Shown: positions 56,030 through 64,000 of the stretch, one piece after another
Numbering within the stretch: position 1 is the stretch's first letter
Layout: each line of letters begins with the position of its first letter
Assembly (NCBI GenBank): GCA_044892525.1
Contig: CM097885.1
Coordinates: 28,770,001-28,834,000, forward strand
DNA: 64,000 nt
DNA from: Schmidtea polychroa
Taxonomy: Eukaryota
Reading direction: 5' to 3'
Made by a program: the position numbers and the translations under genes
The notes under the pieces: generated by a model
Told to the model about the DNA's origin: nothing
Seen by the model: only the letters and a program-made list of their open reading frames with translations
The model's database searches: none

Positions 56030-58387
56030 AAGAGAAATAAAAACATCAAAGATTATATTTTAACAAATTTAATTAGAAGTATGTACGGAGAAACTCATCG
56101 AGAACAAAAGAATCAAGAAAACATTTTGAAAACGTATTTGAATAACCACCCAAAAGAATTGATCTACGAGGTACAAAGACAATCCTTCATGACAGCAGAA
56201 GCACATTATTCCTTGCGATTTGAAAAAAGAATCAAACACCTTTTGAGAAAAAAGGAGCTCAAAGCAGGCCTTGTTATGAACAATGAAACACTGGACGGAA
56301 ACGAAAGCATTACAGTGAACAAAGAACTAGTAACCGATCTCACAAATTGTCTATCCAAAGGTGAAAAAGGATTACTTTCACTAGGACCAAAGTTCAGTAT
56401 AAACAGAGAAATAGATGAAGCAGCCATCCTCAATTTCAAAACAGCTCTTTGTCGCATTGCGTACCAGATCAAATGGAACAATACAATACCGCATGAAAAT
56501 GAAAATAGCGAAAACCAGCTCCCAGTATACATAAACACAGATAAACTCTATCAACCAAATCCTGATGCAGAATTAGATTCAACACTCTCAAAGGTCTGTC
56601 ACAAAATCATGGAGATAGTTGAAAAGGAAAGAAGAAAACCATATCTCTCAAACCTAACGAAAGACGAAAAGGCAATATTAAAATCCCTTAAAAAGAAACC
56701 GTACGTTTACTTACCAAGTGACAAGGGGGGAGAATTTTGCATTATAGAGAAGAATCGTTACTGTGAAGCTGGTTACGAACACCTCGGCAACATCGAAACA
56801 TACAAGAAAGTCAGCCGCATGTCACCAAACACCATCGAAATGAAGATCAACAAAGTATGGAAAGCCATAACTTTGGAAATGAAGCTCAACAACAGAATAA
56901 CCAACAGCTTCGTCACAAAAAATTCTGATCTTCCTAACTTCTACCACCTAATTAAAACTCACAAAGAGGGTCCTGGTATCAAAATTAGACCTATAGTGTC
57001 CAACAAAAATGGACCAACAACTAAAACAAGTTGGCTCCTTGCAAAGATCTTGAAACCTTTATTAGACACGATACCACACCATCTTCAAAGCAGCGACTGC
57101 CTCATGACAAGACTAAATAATAACATGATTTGTCATAGAGAATTCCAATACCCATTTAGTCTTGATGTCGTATCACTATACACATCTATCGAACCAACAG
57201 AGGCTATTCAATGTTTAGAAAAGAAATTAAGAGAAAGCAACTTGTTAATAAAGGAAATGAATATCGAGAATATCACCAAACTACTTACTGTTATCCTCGA
57301 GAACACCTATTTTACCTTTGAACAAAATATCTATAAACAAGTTAAAGGTCTGCCTATGGGTTCTAGCATATCAGGACTGCTAGCAATCATCTTTATGGAT
57401 AACCTCGAACGACAGACACTGAGGACCATACAACCCATCGGTTTCTATGCAAGATATGTTGATGATATCTTCATCACGACCAAAAACAAAAAAGAAGCGG
57501 AGGAAATATTTCATACATTCAATGCGGCTCATCAAGATATTAAGTTCGAAATCGAATATCCGGAAGAAGATGGATCCCTCAATTTATTGGATTTGAGAAT
57601 CAAAATAGAAGAAAATACTCCAACATACGGGTTCTACAGAAAACCAGCTCGCAAAGAAATATTTATGCACCAAAGATCAGCGCTTCCATACTTACAGAAA
57701 GTACATGTCATAAGAAACGAGAAACGAAGAATAGCCAATCGATGCACGGAGAAAAAAGAAAACTTTATAGAGCAATCAAATTTCAATAAAATCCTACACC
57801 GAAACGGATACCAAGGTGAGGACATTGAAAGAATCAATTCTACTCCAAGAAGATCTAGGGAATTAACACAAAAGAATCAGAAATATTTCTATCTGAATAT
57901 CCCATTCATCAGTGACATACTCGACTTCAAGATCCTGAAAGAACTTAAACGTACCGGTCTTCCAATTCGGATAGCACATAAATCTTGGACATTGAGAAGG
58001 GCTCTGGCAGGCAACATAAATAGAGAAAACAATTGCACAATGAAAAACTGCCAGACACCGAAAGATATGTGCTTTAGAAAAAACATCGTCTATTGCATCA
58101 CGTGCAATGTATGCAATGAAATCTACATTGGAAGTACCCTCAGGACATTGCACCAAAGAGTTAAAGAACATCTAGATCCTGGTGGAACATCCTCGTTGGG
58201 CAGACATCTCCGGCAGTGTCAGCCAACAGAAGAAAGAAAAAATATTTCAATAGAAATCATAGCTAATGGAAACATCCAAAAGAAAAATGTCAGAATCAAA
58301 GAAGCAATTCTCATCATAAACAGACAGCCAAAGATCAACACTAAAGAAGAAATCAATGAAATCATGAATTTGATCTGTTGTCATTGA
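56021..58387 (+). CDS. PLE reverse transcriptase plus GIY-YIG endonuclease, N-terminally truncated
   Basis: PSDKGG, IKTHK..IRPIVS, SLDVVSLYTSI, GLPMGS, RYVDD, LLDL, YRKP, IVYCITC..C..IYIGST.R.L.QR.KEH. Confidence 0.95.
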   Translation: MFIKRNKNIKDYILTNLIRSMYGETHREQKNQENILKTYLNNHPKELIYEVQRQSFMTAEAHYSLRFEKRIKHLLRKKELKAGLVMNNETLDGNESITVNKELVTDLTNCLSKGEKGLLSLGPKFSINREIDEAAILNFKTALCRIAYQIKWNNTIPHENENSENQLPVYINTDKLYQPNPDAELDSTLSKVCHKIMEIVEKERRKPYLSNLTKDEKAILKSLKKKPYVYLPSDKGGEFCIIEKNRYCEAGYEHLGNIETYKKVSRMSPNTIEMKINKVWKAITLEMKLNNRITNSFVTKNSDLPNFYHLIKTHKEGPGIKIRPIVSNKNGPTTKTSWLLAKILKPLLDTIPHHLQSSDCLMTRLNNNMICHREFQYPFSLDVVSLYTSIEPTEAIQCLEKKLRESNLLIKEMNIENITKLLTVILENTYFTFEQNIYKQVKGLPMGSSISGLLAIIFMDNLERQTLRTIQPIGFYARYVDDIFITTKNKKEAEEIFHTFNAAHQDIKFEIEYPEEDGSLNLLDLRIKIEENTPTYGFYRKPARKEIFMHQRSALPYLQKVHVIRNEKRRIANRCTEKKENFIEQSNFNKILHRNGYQGEDIERINSTPRRSRELTQKNQKYFYLNIPFISDILDFKILKELKRTGLPIRIAHKSWTLRRALAGNINRENNCTMKNCQTPKDMCFRKNIVYCITCNVCNEIYIGSTLRTLHQRVKEHLDPGGTSSLGRHLRQCQPTEERKNISIEIIANGNIQKKNVRIKEAILIINRQPKINTKEEINEIMNLICCH

Positions 58388-58778
58388 GTTTGAGAATAAC
58401 TGACAATATATAAAGAAATTAAAAAAATAGAATAAATTAAAAAGTAATAATTAGAATAATATAAAAAAATTTTAAAAAATAGGGTTTGAAAATCAAAATT
58501 GACACATTTATTGAAATATTTAAATAGCATATATAAGTAGTTATTGGAGGCTTTATTTAAAATATTTTCAAATATTTTATTAGGCTTCTAGAAGCTAATT
58601 ATAGAAGCTGTAAAAAATTTAAAAATTTTTAGTTTATGTCATTTTGAAATTTTAAATGTAAAAATTTTAAAAGTTTTTAGTAAAACAATTCATTATATTT
58701 ACAACCAATGAGAATTAAGAGAAAGGAAATAAAAGAAAGATTGAAAGGTATTTTGGGGAAGAACATTGCTAAATTCCA

Positions 58779-58821
58779 GGAGATTGACAAGGACTATCTT
58801 ATAGTCGAAAATTCTTTCATT
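58779..58821 (+). ncRNA. Minimal hammerhead ribozyme, U3-A8 variant, in the PLE 3' region
   Basis: GAGA TTGACAA G GACTAT-CTT-ATAGTC GAAA ATTC TTTC; predicted cut after C58814; palindromic AATT stem III. Confidence 0.68.
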
Positions 58822-58909
58822 AAATACATTATTTGCAGCAAAAGGCTTAAATTATCATTTTATTGTTTTAAATAATAAATGCTGCTACCAAGCAATCATC
58901 ATTTTATAC

Positions 58910-59039
<130 letters not shown>

Positions 59040-60590
59040 CAAACATTCTTTTCACGATATATTTCGACAGTTTTCTTGTCATCATCAGGTAGGATATAAT
59101 AACTATATAAATTAAGGATTTTAAACAAATTTATAAATTTTATTAACTATATAAAAAACATTTTATTTAATAAAAACATTTCATTCTTTTTTTTAAAAAT
59201 TATAATGAAAATAATATTTTATTTTTCAAATTTTAACATTTTGAATTTAATTTAATAATTTAAAAATTTTTTTATTAATTATTTAATTTAACAAACAACA
59301 TCCAATATACAGCAAATTATTTAGAAACATTTAAAAACAAGTATTCAATGCATTCTGCACATTAATTTTTGGATTCAATGACTTTATCAACAACGCCTCA
59401 CAAATCACACGTTCCCAATAATTATCGAAATGTTTTAATAAAATTTTAAAATTAGACATACCTATTTTACTTTTACAGCCCTTATTGTGCTCAATAATAT
59501 TGGTCAAAACCTTCGATCTATAATGCTCTCGAGGTCGAATACAGAGATGACGGGAAGTCTCTTCAATGTATGTGGCATTACACCCATTACATGTAAATTG
59601 ATAAACGAGATCGGAATATAATTCGACCGCAGTGTTAGACTTATTAATAAACATATTGCGTACTTTCCATGAAGTTGACACTATCCTATAGTTTAAATTC
59701 CCTAACTGGTTTCTTATCTTCACTTTATAATCCTTAAAACCTTCTAAGTACGGCAATACTAACACAAATTTAAGCTTATCATTCTTGCTCACACTATTTA
59801 ATTTATTTAAATCATCAGACTCACACGCCTCAACAAAATCACACCCAGATTTTCTCAAACATGGATCTTTAGGATTTTTAATAAATTTGTCAACAGTCTC
59901 TTTTACCATAATTAATAAAAAGGATTTCGAATAACCGTTCTTCATTAACATTTCAACCAATTTGTCAACACTTTTTACTGAATTTACAAAAGTAGAAGAC
60001 AAAGATCTACGTTTTCAACCACTTCACCATATTTCTTTTATACTTGAATTCACAAAAACTTTCGGATGAAGTATAGAGACCAGTATCAGTTGGTTTTCTA
60101 TAAATCTCTGTCTCATAGTGTTTCTCTTTGCGTTGTATTAACAGATCCAAGAAAACAAGTGATGATTTTTTCTCCATTTCACTTTGAATACAATGTTTTA
60201 TGTAGACTATTCATACAATGCAAAAACGGATGAACATGCAAGAAATCATCAAAATATAAGAAAAACATCATGCAATTTTCTTTTCTAAGCATGCCAAAAC
60301 AATTGAAGCCATCGTTGGTGTGAGGCGTTTTAGCAATTTGTATTAAAATAATGGTGTGATATTGTGCATGTTTGATTGTATGTTGAAATCCTTACTTATA
60401 CATTAATTATTATTTTTTAGAAACTCCTCAAACAAATTAACGTTATATTTTGTTTTAATAGTTTTTGTATTTTGAATAATAAACGTGTTAGTATAATTTG
60501 TTATTATGGATTCGATTAATACCGTATCTCTGTGGCTAATAGTTGGTGCTAAAGGCGAACCCATAGCAACTCCATCTATTTGTTGATACC
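59040..60590 (-). mobile_element. Penelope-like retroelement, family 2, degenerate
   Basis: YQQIDGVAMGSPLAPT, FLDLLI, IYRKPTDTGLY, VLPYL, LVYQFTC.GC.ATYI.ETSRHL..R.REH; frameshifts and a short interruption near 60330-60535. Confidence 0.9.
59053..59091 (-). ncRNA. Minimal hammerhead ribozyme, canonical core
   Basis: Minus strand TAC CTGATGA T GACA-AGAAAAC-TGTC GAAA TATATC GTG; palindromic ATATAT stem III. Confidence 0.8.
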
Positions 60591-61188
60591 ATTGAATTAA
60601 CCGAATTGAACGAATAACAATTTTATTTGAAATAGACTCGATGGAGTCGGCTCTATGTGGCAACAAAATTTCACAGCATTGAATGATCTGTTCGAAATCA
60701 TAATTTACATAAACATCATCACTTAAGTCATAATCCGATTTCATAAAGTCTAAGTTTGATTTTATCACATCGCTCGTTATAGTAGAAGAAATTCTTCCTG
60801 TAGCCACAATGCATAAATATCTCGTTTCCTTTGCTAATTGAACTCCTGATGGATTGAGACTCGCAATATTGCGTAACTTGTAAATCATAGATCCGTCAAC
60901 ATCAACCATAGATGAGGCAATATATTGAATTTTGTTATCATCTAATAAATTCCAAAACAATTTTGTATTAGAAGGCATTTCTACAGAAGATTGTAGTAGA
61001 TTACATTTGACCACGAGGAGCGCAAACTCACAATTTGCTGTCCGATTATTTGACAATACAGAAGGGTAATTAATATTTGATGGAATTTTTCTTAAAAACA
61101 TCTCAAAATCTTCAGGATTGGCACAAATCTCAATTTTGCTATCAGAATCATCACTAAAATGATATTTCATCCATGAAATAAACGCCAT
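60403..61188 (-). CDS. Chimeric ORF: about 200 aa of unrecognised sequence fused in frame to a PLE RT motif
   Basis: 261-aa track ORF; only WYQQIDGVAMGSPLAPT is recognisable. Confidence 0.45.
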   Translation of the reverse strand: MAFISWMKYHFSDDSDSKIEICANPEDFEMFLRKIPSNINYPSVLSNNRTANCEFALLVVKCNLLQSSVEMPSNTKLFWNLLDDNKIQYIASSMVDVDGSMIYKLRNIASLNPSGVQLAKETRYLCIVATGRISSTITSDVIKSNLDFMKSDYDLSDDVYVNYDFEQIIQCCEILLPHRADSIESISNKIVIRSIRLIQWYQQIDGVAMGSPLAPTISHRDTVLIESIITNYTNTFIIQNTKTIKTKYNVNLFEEFLKNNN

Positions 61189-61334
61189 TTTAACAAAGGA
61201 ACTTGTTCCAGAACCGAAAGCCCTTTTTAAACTTCCACCAATAACAAACCAATTTAAAACAAATCAATTCGAATTAAAAATCCAGAATTTCTGCCAAAAA
61301 CCATTTATCATATAAAAAATTAACAATTAATCAA

Positions 61335-61513
61335 AACCTACTTCTCGCGTCTGTGTGCGCACACCAACAAGAATCGGTCTAACCAGACCGCGCACACAGA
61401 CGCGATAGAAAAAAGCCAAACCACACCCACAACTATATGCGTCTGTGTGCGCCCACAGCCAACAACACAAGTATAGTAAAAGGCGCACACAGACCCGAAC
61501 ATCGAATTAAACA
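61335..61513 (-). repeat. Start of the BEL/Pao 3' LTR, with four alternating GTCTGTGTGCGC motifs
   Basis: On the minus strand the polypurine tract AAGGGGGGAGGA is followed by TGT at 61513; distal LTR end not identified. Confidence 0.8.
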
Positions 61514-64000
61514 TCCTCCCCCCTTGACCCTTTGGTGTCAATCTCACATCCCCATTAACTTCTCCTTCTTTTGTGATCAAGCATAATTTAGATATGCACC
61601 TTAATACCTCCTTTCCTTCACATTTTATCCTCATCACGCGTAGCTTTCCGTCTTCTCCCGGTATCACTTCGATTACTCTCCACATTGGCCACTTCCCATA
61701 CTCATTCCTTTTGTCTAAAACCCACACTGTTGACCCTGTCTTGACATCATCTTCTATCTTATTCCATTTCGCCCTTTGCCGCCAACACGGGACCAATTCT
61801 TTCATCCATCGCCGCCAGAAGTGCTCGGTTAACTCCTGAATTCGTCTCCACCGAAACACCGTACATGACATTTTCTTCCCTTTATATTTTCCACAGCTTC
61901 TCCTTTCCAACCGGCAATTAATAAATGATTTGGAGTTAGCACAGCGTCTTCCTTACTGTCTACTGCCTGAACCACTAAGGGCCGAGAATTTATCAACATT
62001 TCAGCCCTTGTCAAAACATTTCCCAATTCTTCGTCGGTCACATCTGCACTTGTCAGTATGGCATTCATAGCTCGCTTTGCCGATTTGATCATGGACTCAA
62101 AAACTCCCCCAAAATGCGGTGCTGATGGAGGATTGAAGATCCAACTACATTGATGCTTCGACAACTCTCTTTGAGTTTTATAGTTGTCGATTACAAAATT
62201 CTTTACTGTAGAAGTGGCGCCTATGAAATTTGTGCCATTGTCTGAGATCATCAATTTTGGCATCCCCCGCCTCGCTGCAAACCTCATAAACGCTCGAATG
62301 AATGAGTCTGTGTCCAACCCATATGCCATTTCAATATGCACCGCCCGTGACTTTAAACATACGAATAGGCAAATGTACCTTTTATTTCTCACCTTTCCTC
62401 TGCCTACTTTAGTTTCAAACGGTCCTGCAAAATCTCCTGCCGAGTGAACCAAGGCTCTAAAAGGTTCTGAAACCCTGAACGCCGGTAACGGTGCCATTAT
62501 TTGACTCATTCCTTTAGCTTTTCTTTTTCTACACATTCCGCAATCTGTCTCACACTGTTTGATCATTACTTTGGCCTTCAAAATCCAATATTTTTCGTTC
62601 AACACACTTAAGACATGTTGAGTTCCTGCATAATGGCTCAAACTTTCATGGCAATCTTTGATGATTAGTCTGGTGACCCAACTCTTGTCCGATAGAATTA
62701 TTGGATATTTTGTCTCCCATGGTAAATTCTTTGCATGAATTATGCGGCTATTACTTCGTAACACAGTCATCTCATCTAAAACTGGTGTCAACTTTAACAA
62801 ACGGCTTCTGATATCTACCCTTTCATTCTTGATAAGTCGTGCCAGGTCCTCAGAGAAAAACTTCGCCTGCTCTCCTTTAATTACATTGAGTTCCATTCTT
62901 TTAAGCTCCTCAGTTGTAAGTTGTCCTGTGGTTCTTTGGGACTGTGTCGTTCTCGTGTTCAAAATAAATCGCTCCACCCAGGCCCGCACCCTGATCAATC
63001 TCTGCCATGAGGAAAAGGTTTCTACTTTGAAACAGTCCGTGTTCCCTATTCGTCTTTGCCCCTCTACACACGCCATCATTGTTATTCCCTTTCGCAACTC
63101 CTTTGTTACACTGGATTGGTTTAACTCCGTCGCTGGCCAATTTCTAGTAGAAATTTCGGTCCCTCCCACCACATGGTGCTGTTTATCAAATCCGATGCCG
63201 ATAATCCTCTTGTGATCAAATCCGATGGATTTTCACTTGTTGGAACATAATGCCATTGCCCAGGTTTGGTCATTTCTTGAATGAACCCAATTCGATTAGC
63301 TACGAATGGCTTGAATAGTCTCGAATAATTTCGAACCCAATGTATTACGTCTTTACTATCGGACCAGAACCATATCTCACTCATCGGTTTCCCGAGCACT
63401 TCTGAAACCCGTCTTGCTAATTTAACTCCAGTACACGCGGCCATTAATTCCAACCTTGGTATACTTATAATTTGCACTGGAGCTACCTTTGCCCTTGACG
63501 CAATTAACACACTTTTAGGTCCCACCATAGTTTCTTCCCGTAGATATATAGCTGACCCATATGCGGTGCTTGACGCATCGGAGAAGACATGTAATTGCCA
63601 TTCATTTTTCATTTGAGTCCTTAAACATCTCGCAATTCGCAGATCTCCGAGATTATTTGTGTCCTCTACCCACTTGTGTATTTCTTTATTCAACTTTGGA
63701 GGTAGCTTTTCGTCCCAATCAAGCCCTGACAACCACAACTTCTGAATAATCTTTTTCCCTATGATTATGAATGGGCCTAACAGTCCCAATGGATCAAAGA
63801 TTCTTGCCACTATGCTCAATACCTTTCTTTTCGATAAACATTCCTCATTCGGCAGATCTACTTGAAAACTAAATTCATCGTCTTCCGAGTACCATTTCAA
63901 ACCTAGGGTCTTGACGGCCATTGTCGTTTCCTTTTCAATATTCAGTGTTTTAGCTCGTTCTTCAATTGGGATTGTTGCCATAATTCTTTCCGAGTTGGAC
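61514..64000 (-). mobile_element. BEL/Pao LTR retrotransposon pol (RT end, RNase H, integrase, C-terminal domain), two frameshifts, runs off the window
   Basis: KTLGLKW, IFDPLG, LHVFSDASSTAYG, IPRLEL, ENPSDLITRG, H..G..C..C, DFAGP, SDNGTNF, PHFGGVFE, LTPNHLL, FWRRW.KE. Confidence 0.95.

Larger units (their letters stand above)
54494..58909 (+). mobile_element. Penelope-like retroelement, family 1: 5'-truncated copy (56030-58909) preceded by an inverted 1.5-kb duplicate of its 3' part (54494-56029)
   Basis: 54494-56029 is the reverse complement of about 57332-58869; breakpoint at 56029/56030; (TAA)n on both sides. Confidence 0.95.

Noticed and set aside
60584..60591. Minus-strand TGGTATCA as a tRNA-Met primer-binding site
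   Set aside because: It is RT coding sequence (WYQ) and does not continue as GAGC

Overview
A very AT-rich animal genomic window. The aminergic GPCR, actin relic, short GT-AG introns and (TAA)n/(GATA)n tracts suggest an invertebrate, possibly a flatworm, but the host cannot be established from this sequence. There are no prokaryotic features, rRNA, tRNA or CRISPR. Most of the window is transposon-derived: three TSD-bounded near-full-length hAT elements, nested solo LTRs, Gypsy, BEL/Pao, mariner and Mutator relics, several MITEs, and two Penelope-like (PLE) retroelement families. Host-type genes are a two-exon 5-HT2-like GPCR with a 15.6-kb intron and unusual motif substitutions, a 1144-aa low-complexity orphan ORF, a 4-exon 255-aa orphan gene that the ORF track splits, and an actin pseudogene. 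The most notable locus is 54.2-60.6 kb. Three PLE-derived insertions sit there in one (TAA)n microsatellite; two show inverted-end architecture with a 35-nt tail, and all carry minimal hammerhead ribozyme motifs. Four of these motifs have a non-canonical U3-A8 core, and two of the four lie in a 214-bp non-coding palindromic mini-insertion. All protein-family calls come from recognising motifs by eye, not from database searches.
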